Positions 45,463 through 55,272 of a DNA stretch of 64,000 bases are shown here, one piece after another. The stretch covers positions 128,001 to 192,000 of the forward strand of contig CAVRBU010000002.1 of the NCBI GenBank assembly GCA_963719315.1, read 5' to 3'. The DNA is from an uncultured Planctomycetota bacterium (GTDB taxonomy: Bacteria > Planctomycetota > Planctomycetia > Pirellulales > Lacipirellulaceae). A model generated the notes under the pieces. That model saw only the letters and a list, made by a program, of their open reading frames with translations, ran no database searches and had not been told where the DNA came from. Positions within the stretch are counted from its first letter, which is position 1; each line of letters starts with the position of its first letter. A program made the position numbers and the translations under genes.

Positions 45463-45538
45463 GTAGGGTGCGTCGAGTCTGCGAGACGCACCAAGAACCG
45501 CGTCGCAATGGTAGGTCTCGTTCCTCGACCCACCCTAC
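45463..45538. repeat. GTAG-REP inverted doublet
   Basis: GTAGGGTGCGTC...GACGCACC and ...CGACCCACCCTAC. Confidence 0.65.
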
Positions 45539-45540
45539 AA

Positions 45541-46821
45541 CTATTCTGACCCCTTGCCTCGCACCTCTGGCATCTCCCCGCGCGGCAACTCCGCCGCCCG
45601 GATATTGCGAAACAAGAAATTCGTCGTCGCATCGTGGCCTTGGATCGCGATCGCCCCGCCCGCATCGCGGCGGCCTTCGCGGGCGTTTTCCTTGGCCGGC
45701 CGCGTGTCGGTCCAGTCGCTCACCTGATAGCCGTTCACCCAGACCGCCATGTGCGGCCCATCGGCCACGATCGTATTCGTAAACCACTGATGATCGTCCG
45801 CCACGACCCGCCGCGCCGGCTGCCGCCGATAGATGCCACCTGTCCCGAAATCGGCCGGTTTCGTCCGGTCGCCATCTTTGAACACATTATTGATCTGGCT
45901 CTCATACCCGGCCCACCGCCCTTCGCGCAGCGTGCGGAAGAAGATGCCGGAGTTCAGCCCGTCGCCGTTTACCTTGCACTCCGCCTGCAACACGAAATTT
46001 GCAAAGTCGCCGGTCGAATCAATCTGCCCAGGCCCGTTCGTGAGATGCAGTTCGCCGTTCTTCGTCACTTCGAATGTGCTTTTCTCCGCGCGATCCGTGC
46101 TCCAGCCCGTTAAGTCTTTACCATTGAACAACGGCCTGAGTCCTAACGGCCGCAATCGAATGCTAAGAAACGAAACCGGCCCGCTGTTCGACTGCAAGGC
46201 GATGTGTCCGCGGCGAATTGGCTTTGGGTCTGAATACTTTAGGCGAGGTCCTCCAGCTACGGTAACGACAATCCATTCGCCCCGTGCCCCGATCGACAGT
46301 CCCTGGCGACCATCCGACAAAGACGTTCCGCCTTCGATCACTTCGACTTTCTTGCGACCGACGATACTGCCTGTGGGGAACGGGTTTTGTGACGGAGCAA
46401 TATTGACTTCATAACAATCTTTGGCCGGGTCGGTTGGATGCAACCCGGTGCGCAAGAAAATGCCGCTGTTTGTGGAAGCCGGCGCCTTGAATTCGAGGAT
46501 GAGTACAAAATCCGCCCACTCAGTCGTCGTCATCAAAAACCCAGGCTTCGAGCCATCGGTGCGAATCTCGCCGTCGACAACATTCCACGTCGCGTCTCCT
46601 ACTGGCTGCCAGCCAAACAGCGTTTCGCCGTCGAACAGAGAAATCCAACCCTGTTCCAGCAACTTCTGCGGCAACAATTTCGGCTCGGCAGCGACTGTTG
46701 GCGGTACGAACGTGATCGCGCCTAGCCAGACCGCAATGCAGAATTGCAAATTGAAAATTGCAAACTGAAAATTGAAAATTCCGGACTCGGCAATTTGCAT
46801 TTTGCAATTTTCATTTTTCAT
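45541..46821 (-). CDS. Tandem DUF1080 (3-keto-disaccharide hydrolase-like) secreted protein
   Basis: Two LFDG/LFNGKDLTGW...NSGIF repeats, IAIQGHD, FRNIR. Confidence 0.85.
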   Translation of the reverse strand: MKNENCKMQIAESGIFNFQFAIFNLQFCIAVWLGAITFVPPTVAAEPKLLPQKLLEQGWISLFDGETLFGWQPVGDATWNVVDGEIRTDGSKPGFLMTTTEWADFVLILEFKAPASTNSGIFLRTGLHPTDPAKDCYEVNIAPSQNPFPTGSIVGRKKVEVIEGGTSLSDGRQGLSIGARGEWIVVTVAGGPRLKYSDPKPIRRGHIALQSNSGPVSFLSIRLRPLGLRPLFNGKDLTGWSTDRAEKSTFEVTKNGELHLTNGPGQIDSTGDFANFVLQAECKVNGDGLNSGIFFRTLREGRWAGYESQINNVFKDGDRTKPADFGTGGIYRRQPARRVVADDHQWFTNTIVADGPHMAVWVNGYQVSDWTDTRPAKENAREGRRDAGGAIAIQGHDATTNFLFRNIRAAELPRGEMPEVRGKGSE

Positions 46822-46829
46822 TTTTCAAT
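46735..46829. repeat. Inverted heptamer-array pair (AATTGCA/AATTGAA type) covering the DUF1080 N-terminus
   Basis: aattgca aattgaa aattgca aactgaa aattgaa ... tgcattt tgcaatt ttcattt ttcattt. Confidence 0.85.
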
Positions 46830-47297
46830 CTCCTCGATTTCCAGCCGCACTTCGCCCACCAGTCCACCCGGCGGGTGCGTTTCGCCATCGTCGTTGGCCG
46901 CTCCGGTCGCGTCAAGCGCCGGGTGTTCCACGACAATTTCTAAGCGATTGTGATTTTCTAGCAAGCATGTGATATCCAACCGAAACGGCGGCTCGCTCCA
47001 ACGAACGTCACCCAGTCGCTTGTCGCTTAGTGTAATCACGCCCTGCGACCGTGAAGGTTCGACTACCAAAAACACGCGCTCGCCAGATTCCAACCCCGTC
47101 GGCTTTTGAAACGTGCGCCGATACCGCACGCGGCCCAAGAAATCGCCTCCGCAAGTTGCCGACCAATCCGCCGGCATCGTCACCCGCGCGGCGGGCGGCA
47201 AATCGTCCGAAACCGGCCGGTACGTTCCGTCGGACTGCAAGAGAAAGCGAGCCACCGGCTCAACCAGCCACGGCCCACGAAGGCGAATGATGTGCAT
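46818..47297 (-). CDS. Hypothetical protein resembling a GH2 sugar-binding/jelly-roll domain
   Basis: IRLRGPW, GRVRYRRTFQKPTGL, DITCLL..N.LEI, GGLVGEVRLEI. Confidence 0.65.
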   Translation of the reverse strand: MHIIRLRGPWLVEPVARFLLQSDGTYRPVSDDLPPAARVTMPADWSATCGGDFLGRVRYRRTFQKPTGLESGERVFLVVEPSRSQGVITLSDKRLGDVRWSEPPFRLDITCLLENHNRLEIVVEHPALDATGAANDDGETHPPGGLVGEVRLEIEEIEK

Positions 47298-47301
47298 GAA
47301 T

Positions 47302-47393
47302 GGTCGAGGGTCGAGGGTGGAGTGTCGAGGGACGCAATATGACGAAGTATTTCCTTCTGGCCCTCGACCCTAGACCCTCAACCATCGACCCTT
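47302..47393. repeat. Inverted heptamer-array pair (GGTCGAG type)
   Basis: ggtcgag ggtcgag ggtggag tgtcgag ... gccctcg accctag accctca accatcg. Confidence 0.8.
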
Positions 47394-47395
47394 CC

Positions 47396-49515
47396 TCACT
47401 CCGGCATAAAATGCTGATTCACGCGTACCTGGCGGATCGCTCGGCTGTCGCGCTCGTAGGATCGCAGTAGGACCTGCACGCCGCGGAGCGGCTTGTCGTA
47501 CGGCGGTACCGTCTCCCGCTCGCCTACGTCGTCGACGCCCAACCGAATGTCGGGGATGACCGTGTTCGTAGCCGGATCATAGTAGTGGCCGTAGTCGTCC
47601 AGCCCATTCGTGCCTTCATCAATCAGCGGCGCACCTGTGCCGTCGTGATTGTCGATCTGCCACTTGCCGTTCTCGATCTCGTCATCGTCCTCATTCAGAC
47701 CGTCGTTCTCGTAATGGAATGACCATGTATCGTACACCGAGTAGCCCGGCGCCAACTGATTACCATACACATCGCTCAGCGCTCGCGCCGTGAAAAACCA
47801 GGGCACGGCCGAGGAGGAGAAATCCGGGGAAAGAAACACTGGATTTGGCAAGCCGAAACCATATCCCAAGTCCACATACGCACCTTGGCCCACGTAAGGG
47901 AAAGTCACGTTCTGGTTGGAATTGTTTCTTCCAATCGCGCCCGAACCGTCGGCCTTCATATTATCATCACTCGTGTACGCAATCGCCCACCCCGGGTCGC
48001 TAGGCGTAAGCTGCGTATCCGTGGGGACGTGCCGAAAGATCGGCGCCCCCGGATCGAACGCCCGCACGTCGAACGCCAGCACGTCGGTGAGCATCACATC
48101 CTCGCCGCGCCGCGCGCCCACAAGGGTACAGGACCGTGCAGCACCCGCACTACGGCTCCATCATCATTGAGCATCGCCTGAGCGGTCGCCGGTACGGGCG
48201 GCACACCGCTCAGCGTTTTGTCAACGTAGGCAAATGGCCGTGCTTTATACTGTCTCGATGCGTCAGTGTAACTCAACGGGTCGGTCGCATACGAAATTAC
48301 TGTCTTGTTCTTGGCGATGTTCGCCGTCGCTTTCGCATCGGTACTTGGCTTTCCGATCTCAGGATCCACGACAAAGGATACTGGCTGCGTGCTGCCCGAG
48401 TAGTCACTACCGATCGAAACCAGCGGGAATGGATAAATCCGCTTGGATAGATTCGACGAGCCGCTGCCAAGCAAGAATCCATAATGGCAGAAGCGGTTTT
48501 CGCGCTTTGTCAGATCACCTAGCGTATTGGCCATGATCTTCCACCGCGTAAGATTCGGATCCCACTCCAAACGCGCCGATATATCATATCGATCCTGAAA
48601 CGCGATGAGCGAAGCAATCGCCTCTTCCAGCGAACTCGTCTTTTGCAGTACGCGCAACAGCCCTGGCTCCGCTTTGATCGTCGACCCGTTATGCGTAAAC
48701 GTCCCCGCGGAATTTGCTACCGCCAAATACGGGTTTAACCACGGCGCAATGAGCAGCGTGCGGCGATACACTGTCCGCATTCCGGGTTCGCCGAAGAAGT
48801 GGTTGGCCGTTGGATCATCTGTGAGAGCCGCCGTCGTGTAGCCGGGATTCTCGATCGCGAACCAAACAACCTCGGCCAGCGGCGATTCAAAATTCTGCGC
48901 CTTCCATTGATCGAATGTATACGCCGAATTGCCGGTTCCCACGCTCGCCGGCATCCGCCCGACGAACGGCTTGTGCTCATTGCGGACCGTCAGCATCAAG
49001 ATGTCGTCATAGTCCCCGAGCCCGCTGCCGTCGGTGGCCCAACCGGGTTGTAACGTGCCGGTTGCGTCCTTGAACGGCAAATTGCCCGAAGGCAGAATCG
49101 ATGTTGCGTGATTGATTTCCGGATTGAATGTGAGAGGGTCATCTATGCCATCCACCAAGATGCTGGCGTTCCCTTCCCGATACGGCCCCTCGATGAGTTC
49201 AATGTATCCGTGGTTCGATTCGGGCCGCTGCCACGTGAGGCCGGGGCAGGTTGCGCCTTGCAGATCTTGTTGCAGCACATTGCGTACCTGCCGGATCTGG
49301 CCATTCATCTCCATCGTTGCCCGATGATCTCGCACGCTATTGCTCACATTGGCAAACAGGGTAACGACCGCCGCCATCATCACCAGCGTGATGGCCATCG
49401 CCACCAGCATCTCGACCAACGTGAAGCCCAACGTAAGCGAGTTTCTCCGAAACTCGCATCCGAGTTCCGAAGAAACTCGGCCACGACGCCCGCGCAAACA
49501 GTTGAGAAGTGTCAT
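47396..49515 (-). CDS. Large prepilin-type N-terminal cleavage/methylation protein, frameshifted near 48120
   Basis: GFTLVEMLVAMAI motif; one G joins PVPLW to GARRGEDVMLTDVLAFDV. Confidence 0.78.
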
Positions 49516-49726
49516 AGGAAAAGTCCTCTCGCCCAGACCCGCGGCCCCTACCGCGGCCCTGTTCCACTACCATTATGCCCCCCGGAGACGAAAAGGTCGA
49601 GAGAATCCCACTTCACGGCTCCAAACTTGCCGAATCGAGCATAGCCGCGACGCTACGCGTCGCCGGGCCTCGGCGACCTGTAAGGTCGCGGCTATTTCCG
49701 CTTGATCAGAACGCAATAATCCAGGG

Positions 49727-50755
49727 CTATTTGCCTATTTCATCGTTCGCGAGGTCCGCCGCCTTCTCCCGCTGCACGGCGACGAGCGACGCCGCGATCG
49801 ACGTCCCCAGCAGCCCGATAATCACCGCGAGCGATAGCCACGGCGCCGGTTCCCACCACTCGTGCAGCATCATCTTGACACCAATGAAAATCAGGATGGC
49901 AGACAGCCCATAACTCAAATAGCGGAACAAACCCATCACCCCGGCCAGCAGGAAGTACAAGGCCCGCAAACCCATGATCGCAAACACGTTCGACGTAAAC
50001 ACGATGAACCGATCGTCCGTGATCCCGAAAATGGCCGGTACGCTGTCGATGGCAAACACCACGTCCGTGCTCTCGATCACCAGCAGCACCAAGAATAGCG
50101 CGGTCACGAGCAGCCGTCCGTCCTCGCGTACAAAAAACCGGTCGCCGTGCGAACCCTTTGCCACCCGCAAGTATTTGCGTGCAAGCCGCAGCACGAGGTT
50201 CTGATCCGGATGCGTTTCGCTGCCGTGGGCTGTGGCCAGCTTGATGCCGGTGTAAATCAGAAACGCACCGAAGATGTAGAAGATCCACTCGTATCGCTTC
50301 AGCAGTTCGCCGAACACCAGGATGAACGTCAGCCGCATCACGATCGCGCCGAGGATCCCCCAAAACAACACGCGATATTGGTATTTGAGCGGCACACCGA
50401 AATACGCGAAGATCACGACAAACACAAACACGTTGTCCATCGACAACGACCACTCCACGAGATACCCGGTAATGAAGTGGACGGCATGCTTCGATCCGGC
50501 CCAGTACCAGAGGAAGCCGTTGAATATCAGGGCCAAGGCACACCAGAAAACCGTCCACAGCGCCGACTCGCGCAACGATGGCTCATGCGAATGGCGGTGG
50601 AACACGAACATGTCCAGTGCCAGCAGAACGACCGTACCGGCACAAAAGGCAACCCAGTACTCCCACGGAAGAACCAGGTGACCGTTCGTTACGGGCGCGG
50701 TAGCACCAGCGGCAATTTCGGCGAGCAATGGCACTCTAAACGGCTCCGGCGGCAT
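49727..50755 (-). CDS. TerC/Alx family membrane protein
   Basis: EWSLSMDNVFVF, QYRVLFWGILGAIVMR, DVVFAIDSVPA, SNVFAIMGLRALYF. Confidence 0.92.
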   Translation of the reverse strand: MPPEPFRVPLLAEIAAGATAPVTNGHLVLPWEYWVAFCAGTVVLLALDMFVFHRHSHEPSLRESALWTVFWCALALIFNGFLWYWAGSKHAVHFITGYLVEWSLSMDNVFVFVVIFAYFGVPLKYQYRVLFWGILGAIVMRLTFILVFGELLKRYEWIFYIFGAFLIYTGIKLATAHGSETHPDQNLVLRLARKYLRVAKGSHGDRFFVREDGRLLVTALFLVLLVIESTDVVFAIDSVPAIFGITDDRFIVFTSNVFAIMGLRALYFLLAGVMGLFRYLSYGLSAILIFIGVKMMLHEWWEPAPWLSLAVIIGLLGTSIAASLVAVQREKAADLANDEIGK

Positions 50756-51012
50756 CGAGGGGTGGCTACGGTCGAGCCGAAGGCGAGCCCCCAGGCGCGC
50801 CCTTGGGGTCGTCCGCCGCGGCGGACTCCACCCCACCCACCCATCATGATGAATTCAATAAAGCTAGCGCGAACAGTCGCATTATCTTAGGCCGTGCCAG
50901 CACCCCCAGCAACCAGAGGCAGATGCACTAACAAGGATTACAAGTTTTTGCCATGCTATCGAGCAAGCGAGTCGATGAATAAAGTGAACGACGCGACGCA
51001 GGCTTTTCGGTA

Positions 51013-51729
51013 ATGCACGACTCCCCACCAATCGCGCCAAAGCCAATCGTACACCGGTCGATGGCCCGCGTTGCGCACTGCGACGCGACGTTGCCGCGAG
51101 AGCTATCGGACCAGTTGCGGCAGCAGCCCGAGGCCCTTCTCCATCGCGGCGAGCAACTACGATCCAACGGTGCACGGTGCACGGTACGTCTGGCGTGGCA
51201 GTCGCAGTCGTTCGTGCTCAAGCATTACGTCGAGCCAACCCGCCGGCACGCGCTCAAGCAAATGGTGCAACCGTCGCGGGCTTGGAGCACTTGGAAATTC
51301 ACGCACCGCCTCGCCGATTCCGGCGTCGCCACGCCTCGGCCCGTGGCCTGTGTCGAAAACCGCTGGGGTCCGCTGCGGCGCGACTCGTTCTTGATGTACC
51401 CGTACGTGGAAGGGCAGACGCTTCGCTCACTATTCACAGCCGAGGCGAAGCAAACACCCGCGATGCGCGAGCAGCTCTGGCAGCAGCTACATGAACTGTG
51501 GCAGCGGCTCGTTGAGCTTCGCGTCAGCCTGGGCGACACCAATCTGGGCAACTTCATCGTCTCGCCCGCCGGCCAATTGTGGCTGATCGATCTCGACAAA
51601 AGCCGCTTTCATCGCAGTTGCTACGCCGCCTTCCGGCACCAGCAGCGGGCCTGGAAACAGCTACTCCGCAGCGCCAGCAAATGCGGCGCAATCAGTGTGA
51701 CGCACTTAGGAAATAACCGCGCCGCTTGA
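51013..51729 (+). CDS. LPS kinase (Kdo/WaaP/InaA-like) family protein
   Basis: VLKHY, GVATPRPVA, GDTNLGNF, LIDLD. Confidence 0.75.
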   Translation: MHDSPPIAPKPIVHRSMARVAHCDATLPRELSDQLRQQPEALLHRGEQLRSNGARCTVRLAWQSQSFVLKHYVEPTRRHALKQMVQPSRAWSTWKFTHRLADSGVATPRPVACVENRWGPLRRDSFLMYPYVEGQTLRSLFTAEAKQTPAMREQLWQQLHELWQRLVELRVSLGDTNLGNFIVSPAGQLWLIDLDKSRFHRSCYAAFRHQQRAWKQLLRSASKCGAISVTHLGNNRAA

Positions 51730-51747
51730 TGATCTTGATAAGATCAG

Positions 51748-51808
51748 AGCCCGCAGCTCGAGCAAGGGACTTGCGGTGTGCGATGGTCCCTTGCTCGCGC
51801 TGCGGGCT
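51748..51808. repeat. REP-like inverted doublet between convergent genes
   Basis: AGCCCGCAGCTCGAGCAAGGGAC / GTCCCTTGCTCGCGCTGCGGGCT. Confidence 0.7.
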
Positions 51809-51841
51809 TCGATCCATTAATTTCGATGCGGTGCGCAAGTC

Positions 51842-52837
51842 TCACGCTGCCACGGCCCGGGAAGCCATCCACGTGAATTTCTGTCCGATCAAGTCGGTCA
51901 GCAGCGCGTCATACGGCCGATAGTGCTCCCGCAATTGCTCGGCCACCCGCGGATCGATCTGCTCTTGATAATAGCCGCGATTGTAGATCTTCGTCGGCTG
52001 GACGTCGAACGAATCGAGCCCCATGAAATTGAATACCCGCTCGCATGCGGCGGTTGTATCCTGAAACAGGCTCGCGCTGTCCATCATCAGCACTTTGTTG
52101 CGGGGAAACAACTTCAATAGCAGCTCCAACTGCAATGCGTAATAACCGCGGGCAACGTACCCCAGCATTGGCGCCGCATCGGGCCGCAACGCTTCGCCGA
52201 ACTCCGGCGGAAACTGGTTATTTCGAATCTCCTCTGCCACGCACTCCGCAAAGCTTCGCGATTCCAGGTGCCGTGTCTTGCGATGTTGATAGTGCGAGAA
52301 CGCCCGCGAAACCGGATCGCGCATGAGTACGATAATTCGCGTCTTCGGCAACACCTGCTGCATCTGCCGTAGTGCACTGGGCGTCGGCAAATAGGAAGGC
52401 GACGCCTCCATCACGTGCCCCCGCCTCCAGCCCACACGAAACGAGAGCGGAAAACGCGACCGATACCACGCCACCGATCGCTCCGAATGCTTCGAGAAGT
52501 AATCGACTTCCTTCTTCGCCGCCTCGAAGCACCGTGGGTGCGTCACCAGATACGCGTACAGTTGCGTCGTCCCGGCCTTCTGAGCGCCAACAATCACGGT
52601 CGTCGGCAGATGACGCAGCCGATGCGTGGTCAGCCGCATCACATTCGGCAACAAGTTTGTGACGACGCCTTTCGGCTTCTTCAGCGCTCGATACGCCGGA
52701 TGACGCTTCACACGGCGCAAGAGCAGCCGCAGCGGGTTCTCGTCTTCAATGGCAGCAAGTTTGATTTCGTCGGTCACGTGAAATTCTACCGCCGGGGTGC
52801 CACTGCTAGCTTGCCCAACAGTGCTGTGTTTGCCCAA
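51842..52837 (-). CDS. Sulfotransferase (PAPS-dependent); true start may be ~52777
   Basis: GAQKAGTT 5'-PSB motif, KEVDYF, EASPSY, MRDPVSRAFSHY 3'-PB motif. Confidence 0.85.
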   Translation of the reverse strand: MGKHSTVGQASSGTPAVEFHVTDEIKLAAIEDENPLRLLLRRVKRHPAYRALKKPKGVVTNLLPNVMRLTTHRLRHLPTTVIVGAQKAGTTQLYAYLVTHPRCFEAAKKEVDYFSKHSERSVAWYRSRFPLSFRVGWRRGHVMEASPSYLPTPSALRQMQQVLPKTRIIVLMRDPVSRAFSHYQHRKTRHLESRSFAECVAEEIRNNQFPPEFGEALRPDAAPMLGYVARGYYALQLELLLKLFPRNKVLMMDSASLFQDTTAACERVFNFMGLDSFDVQPTKIYNRGYYQEQIDPRVAEQLREHYRPYDALLTDLIGQKFTWMASRAVAA

Positions 52838-52867
52838 CCCTTGCGTTCCAATCCCTTATTGCGAACG

Positions 52868-53695
52868 TTACGCCGTCGCTCCAAACTCCGGTCGACGTTT
52901 GCCGAGTTGACCCTGTAGACGTTGCACAATCGCGCTGTGCATCTGGCTGACGCGGCTTTCCGAAAGATCGAGGGTTGCCCCGATTTCCTTCATCGTCAGC
53001 TCTTCGTAGTAGTACAGAATGATGATCAACCGCTCGTTGCGATTGAGGCCCTTGGTCACGAGCCGCATCAGGTCCGACTTCTGAATCCGCTTCGTCGGGT
53101 CTTCGCCCTTTTTGTCTTCGAGAATGTCGATCTCGCGAACGTCCTTGTAGCTGTCGGTCTCGTACCACTTCTTGTTGAGGCTGATGAGATTGACGGCGTT
53201 GGCGTCGCTGATCATCTTCTCGAGCTCGGCCAAGGGCAGACCCATGTGTTCGGCCAGTTCGTTTTCATTTGGCGAGCGGCCCAGCTTGGCTTCGAGCGTC
53301 TTAAGGCCTTCGTTCAGCTTGCTGGCCTTGCTTCGCACCAATCGCGGCACCCAGTCCATCGTCCGCAGTTCGTCGAGCATGGCCCCGCGAATACGCGGCA
53401 CGCAATAGGTCTCGAACTTCACTCCGCGCGTCAGGTCGAACGCGTTGATCGCGTCCATCAATCCGAACACGCCGGCCGAGACCAGGTCATCCAGCTCGAC
53501 GCCGTCCGGCAACCGCGACCAGATACGCTCGCCGTTGTACTTCACGAGCGGCAGGTACTGTTCGATCAGCCGATTGCGCAGCGCCTTGTTGCTCTGGTCC
53601 GCTTTGAACTCCTTCCAAATCTCAGCAATCTCTTCCGGAGATGCTTGAGGCCGACGTGCCGCTTGTGCCGTTGGAATTGCAAATGCTGTTGCCAT
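52868..53695 (-). CDS. fliA: Flagellar sigma factor FliA/WhiG (sigma-28)
   Basis: DDLVSAGVFGL, FETYCVPRIRGAMLDELRTMDWVPR, LTMKEIG..LDLSESRVSQ. Confidence 0.93.
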   Translation of the reverse strand: MATAFAIPTAQAARRPQASPEEIAEIWKEFKADQSNKALRNRLIEQYLPLVKYNGERIWSRLPDGVELDDLVSAGVFGLMDAINAFDLTRGVKFETYCVPRIRGAMLDELRTMDWVPRLVRSKASKLNEGLKTLEAKLGRSPNENELAEHMGLPLAELEKMISDANAVNLISLNKKWYETDSYKDVREIDILEDKKGEDPTKRIQKSDLMRLVTKGLNRNERLIIILYYYEELTMKEIGATLDLSESRVSQMHSAIVQRLQGQLGKRRPEFGATA

Positions 53696-53765
53696 ATTGA
53701 TCCTCCCTGATCGGCCGAGCGCCCCAAGCGGAGCGCGATCGAGGTCCATCTCGATGGTGAAATGT

Positions 53766-53821
53766 AGGTGCCGGGTATTAGGTGTCGGGCGCCGGAATTC
53801 TGACACTTGACGCCCGACACC
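53766..53821. repeat. Inverted heptamer-array pair (AGGTGTC type)
   Basis: aggtgcc gggtatt aggtgtc gggcgcc ggaattc tgacact tgacgcc cgacacc. Confidence 0.75.
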
Positions 53822-53841
53822 ATGTATCCAACTTGGTTACG

Positions 53842-54078
53842 TTACGTATTCGCTTTCTCTGTCTGAAGCGACAATTGCTGCTGCAGCCTGCTGCGGACGG
53901 ATTCGTCGATCGTGGACTGGGCGAGTTGCCCAATGAGCGCGCCCACGACGGAAAACACCACGAGATAAGCCACTGCCAGGGTGAGCGTGCTCTCGACGCC
54001 GCCCGAGGCCAACCAACCGCGGCAGATCACGACTGCCATGGCCAGCGGTCCCAGAATTCCGGCGTACACACGACTCAT
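53842..54078 (-). CDS. Small membrane protein in the flagellar operon
   Basis: Two TM helices (MSRVYAGILGPLAM...), located between flhG and fliA. Confidence 0.65.
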   Translation of the reverse strand: MSRVYAGILGPLAMAVVICRGWLASGGVESTLTLAVAYLVVFSVVGALIGQLAQSTIDESVRSRLQQQLSLQTEKANT

Positions 54079-54212
54079 AAGCCTTCCTTGGCGTGCCGTC
54101 AAACTTGCCGCAGCTTGGCCAATTTGAACCACACCGGCGCGCCGGTGCGATGTCGTCACTTATCGACCGCCTCGCGGCGCTAACTTGAATTGTTTTTGAT
54201 TTCATAAATCGC

Positions 54213-55202
54213 TCAGGCTGTGCCTGCATGTTGTGCGCGGGTCTCAACGTGTTGTGCGCGGATCGCCTGACCCTGCACCGGTAATTGACCGAAGGTCTCC
54301 ACAACGCCGGGAGACCTGTGGACGATGCTTTCAGCGGGGTCGGAAGACCCGCGCCGAACATCACCCGCCAGCAAATCACCCACGGCTCGTCCGAGCCATA
54401 GCGCCGCATGGCCGAACGGCGTGTTCGGCATCTCCCAGACTCGCGGCGCTGCCTGCATAACGCCGAACTCTCCGGCGAAGTGCCGCGGTAGCGCTGGCAA
54501 CGCTGGTATCGAGCGCGATAGAAACCGCTGGCACGCGGCCTCCATCCGTCGTTGAGCGTTGTTCGCCACCGCATCGCTCTCCGCTTGATTGACCAATAAA
54601 CGCACCGGCAATTGAACCGCCGTCGTCGTACTCGCTTTCAGCGTTGCGTAAGCGTCTAGCACGGCCGCATCATCCGGTGTCGTCACCAACACGTTAAGTC
54701 GTGCCCGCTCCCAAAATCGCCGCGACCACGGCGTCATGCCCCGGCCGGCGTCCAAAATGATCAAATCGAATTCATTGTCGAGCGACTGCAACTCCGTCAA
54801 CAATCGATCCTGAGCGTAGCGCGATGAATCCGCACACGTACTCGCGTCTCTCCGATCGAAGACTCGCCCACGTGCCAGCAAAATCTGCACGCCGGCTGGC
54901 CCAGACACGATCGCGTCGCCAATTTCGCAGTTCCCGGCCAGCACGTCCGCCAAGCCATACACCACATCCGCCCGCACACCGGCCGATTCGACGACATTGT
55001 GTCGATGCTGCGAGCCATCAATCAGCAGCACCCGCTCGCCGCGGTCCGCCAACACCGCGGCCAAATTCAGAGCCACCGTCGTCGCTCCCATTCCGGCCCG
55101 GGCGCCCGAAACGACGACCATCGGCAAAGCACCGTCGGCCCCGTCCGCAGCCGGCGCCGCCGCGCCTACCAGCGATCGCAATTTTTGTGCTTGGTCGATC
55201 AT
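54213..55202 (-). CDS. flhG: FlhG/MinD-like protein with degenerate P-loop
   Basis: MIDQAQKLR N-terminus, LLIDG, IILDAGRG, DAYATLK, LLVNQ; follows flhF. Confidence 0.75.
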   Translation of the reverse strand: MIDQAQKLRSLVGAAAPAADGADGALPMVVVSGARAGMGATTVALNLAAVLADRGERVLLIDGSQHRHNVVESAGVRADVVYGLADVLAGNCEIGDAIVSGPAGVQILLARGRVFDRRDASTCADSSRYAQDRLLTELQSLDNEFDLIILDAGRGMTPWSRRFWERARLNVLVTTPDDAAVLDAYATLKASTTTAVQLPVRLLVNQAESDAVANNAQRRMEAACQRFLSRSIPALPALPRHFAGEFGVMQAAPRVWEMPNTPFGHAALWLGRAVGDLLAGDVRRGSSDPAESIVHRSPGVVETFGQLPVQGQAIRAQHVETRAQHAGTA

Positions 55203-55206
55203 TGTT

Positions 55207-55272
55207 TTGAGGTGTAAGGCGTAGGTAAATGACTGTGCTTTGATACTTGCGCCTTAAGATTTAAGCCTTACA
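55207..55272. repeat. Short degenerate inverted heptamer-array pair (TAAGGTG type)
   Basis: tgaggtg taaggcg tagg ... cgcctta agattta agcctta cac. Confidence 0.5.
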
